NCBI GenBank assembly: GCA_043228905.1
Contig: JBHGNT010000015.1
Coordinates: 11,470,001 to 11,534,000, forward strand
DNA from: Azolla caroliniana
Lineage: Eukaryota; Plantae; Polypodiophyta
DNA length: 64,000 nucleotides
Direction: 5' to 3'
Position 1 is the first letter of the stretch, and each line of letters begins with the position of its first letter. Below the pieces are notes generated by a model. It was not told where the DNA came from and did no database searches. It was given only the letters and a program-made list of their open reading frames with translations. The translations under genes were made by a program, and so were the position numbers. This document shows positions 1-12,341 of this stretch, one piece after another.

Positions 1-3000
1 ACGGGAGCCTGTGTGAGCATTATCTTAACTGCCTCGTAGGCCTTATCCTCCGTTGCAGTCCATTGGAAAGGAGTCTGATGTACGACAGCGTGTAACAGCG
101 TGGCAAAGTCCGCCAAATATCGTATCATCCGACTATGCCACCATATTTGTCCCAAAAACCGGCTGAGTGATTTGGCGTTTGTCAGAGTGTTGGCTTGCGT
201 AATCGCAGAGATTTTGTTCGGGTCAACCGCTATTCCCTCCTTGCTGACTATATGGCCCAGGAGAGTCCCGTTAGTCACGCCGAAAGCACATTTCGTGGGA
301 TTCAGGCTTAAGCGTGCGGTGCGGCAACGTTCCAGGCACAGTTGTAAGTGCGAAAAATGGTCTATTGTTCTCCCATATACCGCAAAGTCGTCTAAACAAA
401 CTTGCATGAACGCCGGAATGTATTCCCCAAAGATCTCTGTAATTATCCGTTGAAATGTTGTCAGCGCCGTCTTTAGCCCGAACATCATGACCACTGCCAC
501 ATATACTCCCCAGTCCGTGACAAATGCCGTCTTTTCTTGGTCCTCGGGATGCATGTGTACCTGGTTATAGCCACTGAAGCCATCTAAAAAATTGTACATC
601 TCATGGCCTGCGACGACGTCCAATACGCTATCGGTGAAAGGTAAGGGAAATGCGTCTGTAATAGTGACGGCATTTAATTTTCGGTAATCTATGCATACCT
701 GTATTTTGCCGCTTTTCTTTGGAACGACCACTATCGGGCTTAACCATGTCGCTTGTTTAACTAGTCGTATGAACCCCGCCTTCAGGAGCTTGTCAATTTC
801 TTCTTTCACGCGGGTCGCGTAGTTCGGGTTCATGCGGTAGCGGCGCTGCTGAACGGGTTTCGCGTCGGTTGCTAAATTGATCTTATGCTGATAGAACTTG
901 GGATTTAACCCCTTCATGTCCTCGTGAGGCCAAGTGAACACATCCTTATATTCCGTGAGTAGTGTGATCATCGTGTTTCGCTGGTCCGGCCTTAATTCCT
1001 TTGCGATGGAGAGGAAACGAGGCTCCGATTCCGTACCCATATTTACTTCTTCAAGGGCGGAAGCGGTGACTCGTCATGAAATCTCCATTTCCCTTTCGAA
1101 TGCCGCCCGTGCCCTGCTGAGTTCCAATATGGACTCTGGGTTTGGTTCGTAAAGCTCGTCGTGGCATATTTTGCCGCGGTTGCGATGACGTCTATTTCAA
1201 ACAGCGGAATAATCTGAGGGTGCTTGTCGAGGTATGCCTCTAATTCTGCATCCTCCACCCCAGCCAGCATATTTATATCTTCTGCGTATAATGGTGTTAT
1301 ACCCTTCAGTTGTGGCATGCTTCCTTCCGTAGGTACGCGAACCTTGGTGCGTCCGTGTCGAAAACTAATACACTTGTGTTGCCAGCTCTACTTGATATTT
1401 GCTGCCCGAAGCCATGGTCTGCCCAGCAGCACTGGGTACGCCCCTAGGGCATCCAAGGAGAGGATGACCACCGAGATGTCGAATCGGTGTCCGCCCACGA
1501 TAATGCCTATTTTGCGAATTAACCCTAATGGTCGTACTGAGCGGGTATCTGCCATTCGGGCAAGCCTCCCATTTTGAAATGCCTAACTATTCGCAAGTTT
1601 TCGCGCTAATTACATTGACGCCTGAGCCGCCGTCGATTACGCATCCAAGAATTTCCTATCCGTGTAATATTAATGTAATAGCCAAGTTGTGTTGATCCAC
1701 TACCAGCGGTCCACTGCTAACGTCTGTAAGGTTTGTAGCGATACTCACCCCAGGTATGCCTGTCACCCATTCTTCCATGGTCTGGCGGAAGCGTGGGACT
1801 AGCTGCAGCAGTTTCTCCAAGGTTAACGTTATAGCACAGCCCGCTAACGCCTGGCAAATGGGGTCTGGAACTGGTCTTTCGTCCTCTGCTCACTCCATTG
1901 TGTTCGCGAACTCCTTCTGCATACGTTCCGTATTTGTCGCATTTGCTTTTTCCACCCACGCTTGGGCTTGTCGGCGTACCTTGTCTTGCGCAGCCCAATC
2001 AGCCGTTTTTGTTTGTTGGCGTGTCGTGACTTGCTGCACTTCCGCCGTAATCATATTGATAGCGAGCCCCTTTCCCTTGCGTGTTGGGCATTGCGTGGCA
2101 TAATGTCCGGGTTGCTGACAAATAAAACAATGGATGCTTGATTCACCCTTCTCGGCTCCTAGTGGTGTGTGCCACTCCCCTGGTGCTACTTGCTCCTCGC
2201 AGTCCGGCCTCGTTTGTCGGAATGTACGCGGTGGCTGCTGTTGGTCCCGTCATTGTTCCTGGTGCCGCTCATCCCCCGAGCTTTCGTCGTAACGCCGGTG
2301 ATCTCGATATTGCCATGGCTTACCACGATAACCATTGAAACCGCCCCGTTTGTTTGTCTGCCATTGATTCTCGTAGCGCCGACCCCCTTTCGCGTAACTC
2401 AGATGTCCACGATAATCCTCGTCCTCTGGTTCATCCTCCTCGGAATCATTGTGATTTCGGCAATTCCGATGGTATCGGTCCTCCCGTGGGTTGCGATCCT
2501 TATACCGGGGTCGGTCTTCTTGCCTCCTTTGTTCAGTCTGGTGTGGTAGACGTTGTGTGTCCATGCTACGGACTACGGGAGTGGCTCTGTTTAACATATT
2601 GTATTCACATTGGTCGACTGTGTGAGCCTTCGAGTGGCAGATTGGGCAGTGGATTCGCATATTGCAGTCCACTGCGGAATGCCCTGAGTTAAAGCAAATC
2701 GTGCACTGGATTGCTTGACGAAACTAGCGTTCCTCATCATGAGGTAACGCTTGTCGTAAGGAGGACATAGAAAACCTTTCCTCCTCGTCATCCAACTCGA
2801 GCTGTAACGCTCGTTCAATTACCATATACGTCATTTCCCCTTTCACGCTATTGTTGTTGAGCGTTGCCCGGATGGGCCGGCATAAAGCTGCCAGAAATGT
2901 TTCCCGAGCCTCGTCTTCCGCGGGGCTCCGTTCCAGTTTCCGTCGTAAATTTTGGAAACGTAAGGTGAAGTTCGCTATTGTCTTAGTCGGCAGTTGCTTA

Positions 3001-3578
3001 ATCGTATAAAACTGTCTGAGGATTTTGTGTTGTGGAACCCTCCGATGGAAGAATCGCAAGAAGGCAAACTGCAGTTGATCGAAGGTTGTTATTGCTGGTA
3101 AATCCATCTGTGAATGCCAAAACGTCACTCGCCCATCTAATGTTAACCCAAACTCCGTCATTTTCGACTGGTGTGCTACCGCCTCCAAAAGGCTCTGCGC
3201 CATGTAGTTTGCATTCCAGACATTCAGGAACATGCGAATATGTGTTGCGGCGTCGGTTTCATCGTTAAAGCGGGGGTAGGCAAAGGCCATGGTGGGGGCT
3301 ACGGCGGGTCGAGAAAGACCACCGGGTGGCTGTGGTGAGCGTAGTCCCCGCGTCTCGTCGAGGTATTTGGAGAGCGAAGAATTACCTTTGTACTCATGGC
3401 AGGCAGTATTGTGGTTGCTGAGGCGCGGCTTTTGTAGTGCGCGTTCTTCTGCCTGGCATGTGATGGACCTTGTTATTGGCCGGTCTTGTCGTGTTGGTTC
3501 TCTGGGGCGTCTGCGGCTAAACATCCATTCGTCGTTGTTCGTCTATGAGAAGACACAGATCACCAAGCGTGCCAAAAG
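1..3578 (-). mobile_element. Ty3/gypsy retrotransposon internal region (non-chromovirus, Tat/Athila-like), frameshifted; runs off the left edge
   Basis: Gag ORF 3524-2724. Two CCHC knuckles (CPICHSKAHTVDQC ~2650; CFICQQPGHYATQC ~2130). Protease (IDGGSG, ~1640-1400). RT read on the minus strand over ~1000-1 (FLDGFSGYNQ, MMFGLK, CLDDF). Confidence 0.9.
3561..3574 (-). promoter_or_regulatory. Primer-binding site (TGGCACGC...) of the left gypsy element
   Basis: Minus strand reads TGGCACGCTTGGTG 4 nt after the LTR 3' end CA. Primer tRNA not certain. Confidence 0.6.
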
Positions 3579-4017
3579 TGTTGCCGATTAGGAACACAGT
3601 CCGTGGTCAGTCCTTCGACCTAGACCTCCAAGTGGGTGTGGAACAACGAATAGGCGTCTAAGCGTAATGCGTAGGGGAATGTTCCTTGTAACCTATCAGC
3701 GTATAAGGGAGACGGCTACAACCGAATCCTTAGCAAAGGTTACCCTTACGTTCTTACACGCTTAGGTCTTCAAGACACACACGGTGGGTTAGCCGTAGCT
3801 ATACACAGAGAATCAGAGAAGATAGAATTCTATTATGAGATGTTTCTTACATTCCCAAAATTACAAGCCCCCTTTATTAGAGGTTTTCTGCCCTTTATAT
3901 ATGCAGGGTCTATTTAGCCGTTCACGCTTCCTGCGTGAACTGTTACATGCGTTATGATCTTATATTATTTCTTATTCCTACGCTCTTGTCCATCAGTTAC
4001 TATTTCGGCGGACAACA
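3579..4017 (-). repeat. 5' LTR of the left gypsy element (439 bp)
   Basis: Termini TGTTG...CAACA with inverted ends (tgttgccg / cggacaaca). TATA-like ctttatata near 3895. Adjacent PBS. Confidence 0.8.
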
Positions 4018-4379
4018 TCCGGTTCCGTTTGCCGCAACCCTTCTGATTCTACGCATCTCGACCTCCTCGGTCAACTTGTCTGCTCAACAGGCCCAATTCA
4101 GCTCCTTCGTTGTTGTGACTTCGGCGCTTGTCAACCCGCCGGTTCCTTTGTGTTGGCGTCGACTTCCGCTGCCTTCTCGTCCACTTGGCCTTCAGTTGAT
4201 CCGGTTCTTCCGAATCCGTTGTTGAACCAAATCAGTTGTCTCGGATTCGTTCCAGCTCTTGTCCGAATTGGTCGCTCCTGATTCGTCTTCCGGTTCCAAG
4301 CCCTTCACCACATCGAACTATGTCCAGGTCTTGGCCTTCTTCCTGTCTCCCCCTTTGTCAGTTCTTCCCTCACCGGCGT

Positions 4380-5206
4380 TGTCGTGCCTTTCGGCTCCGG
4401 ATCATTGCGTGAGTCGGGTGGGAACCACTGGGGTTTTGGACTAGGAGGAGGAAGAATTTGAGGCTAATCTAGTTATGAATATGAATAGATTATAAGAAAG
4501 AGATACAGAAACTTGTGAATCCCACAAGTATAATTGTTTTAGTTTATCTTAATCGTAGTAATAAATTGAAATAGTTTAGAATAGATTAGAGTAGATTGAG
4601 AAAAGAGATCAAACCTTGTGAATCCCACAAGTATTACATTAATCAATATTTATGTAAGAATATGAATTTAGATTGAAAGAGATAGATTATATAAAACTTC
4701 GTGAATCCCACGATTCTATTTTATTATTGGTGTTTTAGGAAATATATCCAATTTCCCAAATATTTCACACAACTATTACATTGTGCTCCCCATCCTTATA
4801 TGGTGATGAGAGAGTCTTCACAATCCATGCTTTTTTTTCTAACTATAGACTCCATGCTTTTCCTATAGATAGATTATATGCTTTATCTAAAGTGATCATG
4901 CTTTTTCTATCTTGTGCGTTTTTTATCGACTATAGCGTTCATGCACGCTAGATATGCATGCGTAGCTTTTTCTTTTAACTAAAGTTTATCCTACGTGAAC
5001 TTAACTTTCTATGTGGGACATCTACTTTTAACACTAATGAATTGTTAGTGTAATGGTAAGGTTTCACATTATTAACATGGAGGTGCAAGGTTTGAATCTT
5101 GCCCTATGCATGTATGATTTATTTTGAAATTTTCTTCTATTTCTTCATATTTACTAAAACATTACTTTATAAGTTTTTCATGTAGTGTACGAAATACACT
5201 ACGACA
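4380..5206 (-). mobile_element. Solo LTR (827 bp), same family as the LTRs at 61185 and 63520
   Basis: Reverse complement matches 61185-61900 at both ends (TGTCGTAGTGTATTTCGTACACTAC ... GGAGCCGAAAGGCACGACA). Flanks are GCGT (4376-4379) and GCGC (5207-5210). Confidence 0.9.
5041..5110 (+). ncRNA. tRNA-like Pol III A/B-box module inside the LTR, antisense to the LTR
   Basis: TAGTGTAATGGTAA (A-box-like) ... GCAAG-GTTTGAAT-CTTGC (T-arm/B-box-like), then TTTT. No complete cloverleaf. Confidence 0.55.
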
Positions 5207-7880
5207 GCGCAATCGGTAGTTTCTTTGCCTTTGCCCGTTCTCCCCCTCAAGTGTGGCACGTCGAGATGCTGAACACCAAGCATTTTAGTGAAGTGCTGCA
5301 ACTTGTCCGATCCGAGCGGTTTGGTGAAGATGTCGGCAAATCGCCAATCCGTATGAACATACCGAAGTTCAACTTCACCGCTCAGAACACGCTCACGCAC
5401 GAAGTGGTAGGGCACTTCTATGTGCTTTGTACGAGCATGGAATACAGGGTTCTTGGCGAGCTGCATGTTGCTTATGTTGTCGCAGTAGATCAGAATTGGG
5501 GTCGGCACCTCGATCCGCAGGTCTTGCAACAATCGTCAAGCAACGGTAGTGCCCCGGTATTCAACCTCAATGCTTGAAAGGTCCACTGTTGGCTGCTTTT
5601 TGATGCTCCACGCAACAACCGCGCTACCAAGAGAAAACATAAAGCCGGAGGTGGATTGGCGATCTGATGCATCGTCGGCCCAGACGGCATCAGTGTAGCC
5701 GACTAGCTCTTCGGTTATACCATGCCGGTATAACAATCCTCGGTCCTTCATGTCGCTCACTTATCGCAAAATTCGATGTGCGCACAGAAGGTGCTCCATG
5801 GTCGGCTTCTGCATATATTGGTTGATCACGCCAACTGGATAATTGATGTCGGGTCGGGTGATTGTCAAATATATAAGGCTTCCGACGATTTGTCGGAACC
5901 GCTTCTCATCGCAGGCCGGTCCTGAGTCAGGACGGAGATTCTAGTTCCGGTCTAGGGGTGTGGAGATCGGTCGGCATTCCATCATGCCTAACTTGTACAA
6001 CATCTTCAACACATAGTGTCTTTGTGAGAGCAATATGCCATCGAGGGATTCCAAGGAAATAGTGAAGATCCCCCAAGTCCTTCATCTCAAATGCGTCCAA
6101 CAGTTGGGACTTGACTCCACTGATTTCATCAAGTCCGGGTCCGGTGATGAGTAGATCATCAACATACAGCATAATGCAAACCGGACCGTCCAGACCTTGT
6201 CAGATGAACAATGAAGAGTCGGACTTGGAGGCCGCAAACCCCATCTTATGCAATCGGTGCGTGATCTTCGCATTCCAAGCTCGAGGGGCTTGCTTCATGC
6301 CATAAAGTGACTTCTTCAGCCGGCATACAGCCGACTTGTTCATCCCAACTGGAAATCGGGGGATTGGGTCATAAAGACCTCTTCTTCAAGATCGCCTTGA
6401 AGAAATGCATTCTTCACGTCCATCTGGTGAAGATGCCACCCCCTTGCCGCAACAACCGCCAACACCACACGAACTGTCGTCATCTTTGCTACCGGAGCAA
6501 AGGTCTCGTCGTAGTCGATTCTGTGGGTCTACGCGTATCCCTTCGCCACTAACCGGGCCTTATATTGATTAACCGAACCGTCGGCATTGTACTTTACCTT
6601 GTACACCCACTTACATCCGATCGGTTTATAGTGTCGGGGAGGGTCAACTAGGTCCCATGTGTCGTTGGCATCAAGTGCCCGCATTTCTTCCTCCATAGCG
6701 GCACGCCAATTTGCGTCCTTTGCCACTTCTGCGTAGCTCTCTAGTTCACGCACTTCCGCCACTTTGGTCATGTACGCATAGTGATGCGCCATGTACTCAT
6801 TGTACCAGTACTGCTTCACGGGGTTCTTCTGGCGGGAAGACCGGCGTAATCTACCGTTACCCGGTTTGAGGCCCTTCTTGGCCGGTTTGGACTTCGTTCC
6901 CGAAGATCCACCTTCTTCCTTACCAGAGTCGGATTTGCTCCGATCCGACTCAACGTTTCCGGTTTCATATTCCGGCATCTTCTTCTTCCCCTTCTCTTTG
7001 TGCGTGAACCGTCTCCTCGGTTCCTTGCACGGGGAGAGCACGGCAGAGTCTCCACTACTCGCCGGTTCATCATCCGACTGGTCATCCCAACTCAACCGCT
7101 CATTCGGTCCACTTAACCGAAACGATTCCAGACTCATATCTAGAGTCTCAAACCCTTCGTCTTCTAACTGGACCGGTCCAGGCTCATTAGCCTCATCCTC
7201 CAGTATCGGGTCGGGGTCGGAAGTCGGAGCCGGTAAGGCATACCATGATGCCGTCTCATCAAAATCAACATCCCGGCTAACTCGGACCTACTTCGTCCAA
7301 GGGTTATAACACTTATACCCCTTTTGCTCATGCGAGTAACCGACCAAGATGCATTTCTCCAACATTGCATCCAACTTCCTCCACTTCTCACCCAGCACAT
7401 GCACATATGCGATGCTACCAAATATCCGAAGGTGTCGCAAATTCGGCTTGCGCCCGAAATTAGCTCATGCCCGGACACCTGATCACCGATCTGGTTTTGG
7501 ATATAGACGGTTGTCCGGACCGCCTCAGCCCAGTAGAATTTGGGCATGCTCTTCTCCTCTAGCATCGCCCTTGCCACGTCGATAAGCGATCAGTTCCTCC
7601 TCTCGGCCACACCGTTTTGCTCCGGTGTGTATCTACAGCTGAACTCTCTCTGAATTCCTTTTTGCTATAGATAACTGTTGAATTGACCAGAAAAATATTC
7701 TTTTCCGCCATCCGACCGCAGGCACTTGATCTTCCTCTCCGTTTCCCGTTCAACCAGGCTTTGCAGGTTCCGGAAACACTCGAAGACTTCGCTCTTCTGC
7801 TCAATGAGGTAGATCCATGTGTGCCGGCTGTAGTTGTCAATGAAGGAGACAAAGTATCGACTCCCGCCAAGACTAACATT

Positions 7881-7881
<1 letters not shown>

Positions 7882-7921
<40 letters not shown>

Positions 7922-8290
7922 GTACGAGGGAGAGACAGAGAAGGAGTAGAACATTAAAAATCTATTACAAAACAATAATAGTTCTCTGTATACATACAGC
8001 GTGCTCAACAGCACTATTTATATGTCAAGTCCTAAGAGGACTGACAGAAGTACTGTGTACTTCAATGCTCACACGAGCATCTGACACTAAGTATGAGTCA
8101 TTAACTACCTAGTAGTCTAGGCTGCTATTAGGCTTCTGGTTACCGCTGGATCCAGCTAACCAGCTCCCTAGCTCACCGGCTTGCTTGCTCACCGGCTCAC
8201 CGGCTCACCGATCCGGCTCATCCTTCCGGATACTGATCCGGCTCAGGCTTATTCAGCCGATCCGGATCCGGTTGAGCTTGCCGCTCAACA
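7882..8290 (-). repeat. Truncated 5' LTR of the copia element
   Basis: Minus start TGTTGAGCGGCAAGCTCAAC resembles the copia LTR start TGTTGAGAGATCAAGCTCAAC at 37592. TATA present. Joined to integrase at a (GA)n tract. Confidence 0.6.
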
Positions 8291-11200
8291 GTAATCTAGG
8301 CTTACGGGGGAGATAACCCCAAACACTTGTACATGCAAGAAAGAGTAGTCCTTTTACGAGGGAGTTTGTTGGCATAAAAGGCCGACTCCTTCCAAGTTGT
8401 ATCTGTCCGAGTGTGAACTCTTCAATAAGTTAAGGCTTAGTATATAAGTGAATTCCTAACATTGTATAGAAAAAAAAGAGTGACAAAGAGACGAAGTGTG
8501 TGTGCATTGTATCACAGTGAGAGACTGAGAACGAAGCAAAAAAGCTTTCCATTAGAGCTTGCACTGTATAAGTCCACGCACATTCTGTTTTTCTATCTAC
8601 GTTTTTTGCTATGCAGAACCGACAACAGATCCACACACATTTCTGCAAACCACACTCGTTACCAATAGTTGTTTCCTTGGGCGGCAAATGATCTTGAAAT
8701 CAAAACGAGTTAAATATTGCGCCCACCGAGCTTGTCGCCTATTTAGCACTCGAGCCGTCTAAAAATATGTAAGATTTTTGTGGTCACTATAAATGATGAT
8801 TTGATGAGGCGAACCTTCCAAGAAATGTCACCATTGCGCAAAAGAGTTGACCACAACTAGTAACTCTTTGTCATGCACCTCGTAGTTGATCTCCACGACA
8901 TTAAATTTTCTTGAGTGAAATGCGACTAGATGCAACTGCCCATCTTCACCTAGTTGTGATAGGATGCTCCCCAATGCAAAGTCGGATGCATCTGCCTCAA
9001 TGGTAAATGGCTTTTCTAGATCAACATGAGCTAAGACCTGAGCTGATGTGAATGCCTCTTTCAACTGAGTATAGGCTTTGTCCGCTTCAAGAGTCCAAAA
9101 AAATTCTTGATTTTTCTTGGTGAGTTGAGTGACTGGCAATACAATCTTCAAATAATTCCATATGAATTTGCAGTAGAAGTTGGCAAATCCAAGGAAACAC
9201 TGGACATCACGAACGGAACTTGGAGTATGTCATTCCAATATTGTTTGAATTTTCGCTAGATCCATGAAGATACCTTTGGATGAAATGGTATAACCCAAGA
9301 ACTCAACATCTTTGCAATAAAAACTACACTTCTCCAGTTTGGCACAAAGACCATACTCTCTTAAGCATTGGAATACCTTCCGCACATGTATATCATGCTC
9401 CGCCTGCGTTCTAAAGTAAATCAATAGATCATCTAAATAGATGATGAGAAAGATATCTAGAAAATCGCGGAAAATGTCATTTGTCATATGTTGAAACACG
9501 GCGGGAGCATTTGTGAGCCCAAAAGGCATTATTATATACTCGAAATGGCCATACCGAGTGCAAAATGCAGTCTTCCACTCATCTCCCAGTCGAATACGGA
9601 CAAGATTATATGCACCCCTTAGATAAATTTTGGTAAAATGCTTTACCCCATCAATGCGCTCTAAAATACTGGAAATTAAAGGTAGAGCATACTTATTTCT
9701 TATTGTGACTTTATTTAATCCCTGATAATCCACGACCAAACGAAGTGAGTCGTCCTTTTTCTTCACGAAAAAGATAGGAGCACTAGCTGGAGACTTTGAA
9801 TGTCGAATAAACCCACTTGCAAGATTCTCATCGATGTATGCTCAAAGAACCTCGAGCTCCGTTGGTGACAGATTGTAGGTCGGACCCCATTGTGGCTCTT
9901 TTCCTGGTTGTAGATCAATGGGACAATCGTATGGATGATGCTTTGGAAGTACACTAGCTTTGACTTTGTCGAAGACATCAGCATATTCTTGGTACTTTTT
10001 AGGAATGTAGACCTCTGACTTCCCTTGAGTGTCATTAGAAGGTGCAACTGATATGGCAAATAAGAATAAATCCTCTTTTGCTCTTTCTTGGCATAATTGT
10101 TGTAGGGTGATGGTTGAAATCTGATGAAGAGGAACAACGTGTTTGGTAAAGGGTGAATTGGTAACACTATGTTTTTCAAGAGGAGGATCCTAACTTGTAC
10201 TTGGGCAGAGAAAACTCTACTAGCATGCTTGGAAGAGATGGAACCCATACTAGGCTATACAGATCTAGGACTGTCCAACCAAACGACTCCGATTTTGGCC
10301 GGACTTATTCATTTGACTCATCTTCTAATTGGCTTAGGACCTCAAACTTATTGGATAGAGTTGGATTACTAGAATCACTAGTTGGCACAGTTTCAATGAT
10401 GCTAGACTAATTTCTATTATCATAGTTAATATGATGTACCTGACATCTCGATCTGTGCGGGCAGTGAATGGCAATATGTCCTGGACCTCCACAATATAAG
10501 AATACTCGATTTGCTCGACGACGTTGTTTCTCTTCATCCTATAACGGTCCTCGTCGTCGAGTCATATCAATCTCCATCGTTGCCGGGCTATCCATTGGTG
10601 TTGGGCTACGTGCTTGCTGTGGAGTTGGGATGGGGTTATATTGTTGCCTTGGAGATTGTGTCGTCACTGATGCATAAGTTGGCATAAATCTTGATCTTGT
10701 TTGTTGTTGTTGTCGCTCGGACTGACACTCAAAAAGCCGATTATCACACTGTATTGCTCGGCCAATAGCTTCTATAAGGGATTTTAGATCCTCCGGGAAG
10801 GTAAGAAGTAAATCTTTTACTTCTCCACGGAGGCCCGAACGAAACTGCTCCATTAGGGCTTGTTCGTCCCAAGGAATATCACTTGCAATGAGATGAAAAT
10901 TGGTTGCATACATTGATGTTGGTTGATCCCCTTGCCGCAGTGTGCGAATCCTATTGATTGTCGTTCTTACAAGTTATCAGTGTCTCCGAAGCAAGCCTTA
11001 AACTCTTTGATAAATTCTTCAAAGTTGTTAAGTAAGGGAGAATTTGCTTCTAGCAATGGACCAAACCATGACAATGTCGTGCCAGTCAATAAAGTGCCCA
11101 CTAACCCGACTCGAGATGAATCCGTCGGATAATGCATGGGATGCATCTAGATCACCAACCGCACTTGATTTATAAAACCCCCAAAATGTGCTCTCGAACC

Positions 11201-11616
11201 ATCAAATTTAGCTGGGAGGCTGATTTTGGGCTCCTTAAGAACTCCTTGACCATCGACTTTTACTTGTTGTAAAGCTACAATTGCCGACTCTAATTGTTGA
11301 ACCCTTCGTGTAAACTCATCATGTATTTGTTGCTTCTCTACAGAAACCTTATGTAGATCTTCAAGCTATCGTTGATTCTCTAGCTCTAGTGATGCAAACT
11401 TGCTTTTGAGATTCTCCATTTCTGCAACAAAGGCGAGGTATTCTTGTGGGTTGCTAGCAGCCATGGGTACTGACTAGTGTTTGTGGAAGAGGTAAAGGAG
11501 AATCAGTTCGAATCAAACTGTCAGAACAAAGCAAGAGATTGTACGATTGAAGGAAGGTATAAGAGAATAGAAGAAGAGGGGAGAATGGATTGATAAGAGA
11601 AGAGTGGATTTATTAG

Positions 11617-12065
11617 TGTTAAGAATTAGGTAAGTAATTAAGGATGGATTAATTAGTACCTAATTATGTGATTAGTTGATTAGCGGAAGATTATGTGATA
11701 TGTGTGTGTATGTGTGTGAGAGGAAGAGAGAGAGAGAGAGAGAGATACACTTATAAACAACACAAGATGGGGGATGAGTAAGTATATTAAATTAGCATTA
11801 TCATCATCAAATACAAAAATACCTACAATGAGGTATATATAGATTTCATGTGCAAGGGTGCAATTGTGTGAGGATAATATAGGTACAAAAGTGTAAGTCC
11901 TATATTAAATGTACTTAGGAGTGGAGGATCTAGAATATCCCACTTAAGTACAAGGTCCTATTTAAGGCGTTATAGTCAACACTTCTAACTAGATTCTATC
12001 TAGGTAACTACGAAGTTGCATGGTTGACTAACTAACTAAACTAAGTTGAGCTTGATCTCTCAACA
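11617..12065 (-). mobile_element. Solo copia LTR inserted in the chromovirus LTR
   Basis: Reverse complement of the LTR at 37592-38036. Perfect 5-bp TSD ATTAG (11612-11616 and 12066-12070). Confidence 0.93.
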
Positions 12066-12198
12066 ATTAGAATAGAATGAGTACAAGGATGAGTTGGATA
12101 CAAGGTAGGCTTGGGGCTGAAGATTGTTGTTGATTCGAAGTGATTTGATATGATCTATTTGTCTCTATTTATAGGTTTCTATAAAATAGCTTAGAGAT

Positions 12199-12278
12199 TT
12201 CTAGAATGTTCTAGAATGTTCTGGACCTACAATATTCTAGGATGTTCTAGAATATTTCTAGAATGTTCTAGAAAGTTC
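12199..12278. promoter_or_regulatory. Heat-shock-element-like array (nGAAnnTTCn) in LTR U3
   Basis: TTCtaGAAtgTTCtaGAAtgTTC and TTCtaGAAtgTTCtaGAAagTTC just upstream of the minus-strand TATA (12173-12165). Confidence 0.6.
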
Positions 12279-12341
12279 CAAAAGTTTCTCTATTACAATA
12301 ATCATTATGAAAAGTAGCATTTATCATTTCATATCCTGATA

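Larger units (their letters stand above)
4018..8290 (-). mobile_element. Degenerate Ty1/copia element (integrase-RT-RNase H, 3' tail, partial 5' LTR); gag/protease deleted; interrupted by a solo LTR and by the left gypsy
   Basis: Integrase fragments 7879-7164 (FYWAEAV). RT KWVYKVK...KARLVAKG (~6610-6530) and LYVDDL (~6170). RNase H YTDA...RQST and HARTKHIEV (5760-5240). Many frameshifts. Confidence 0.9.
8640..12297 (-). mobile_element. Degenerate Tcn1/Tf1-like chromovirus-type gypsy: 5' LTR (12297-11519), gag, RT, RNase H; protease largely deleted
   Basis: Gag (WDEQALMEQFRSGLRGEVKD, 10913-10539). RT ([23 protein letters not shown], 9766-9230). RNase H (EADASDFALG, 9151-8828). LTR TG...CA. 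Confidence 0.88.

Noticed and set aside
5041-5110. Functional tRNA genes here and at 12342, 44741, 47285, 61322 and 63657
   Set aside because: Acceptor and anticodon stems do not form properly. Only A/B-box and T-arm similarity is present.
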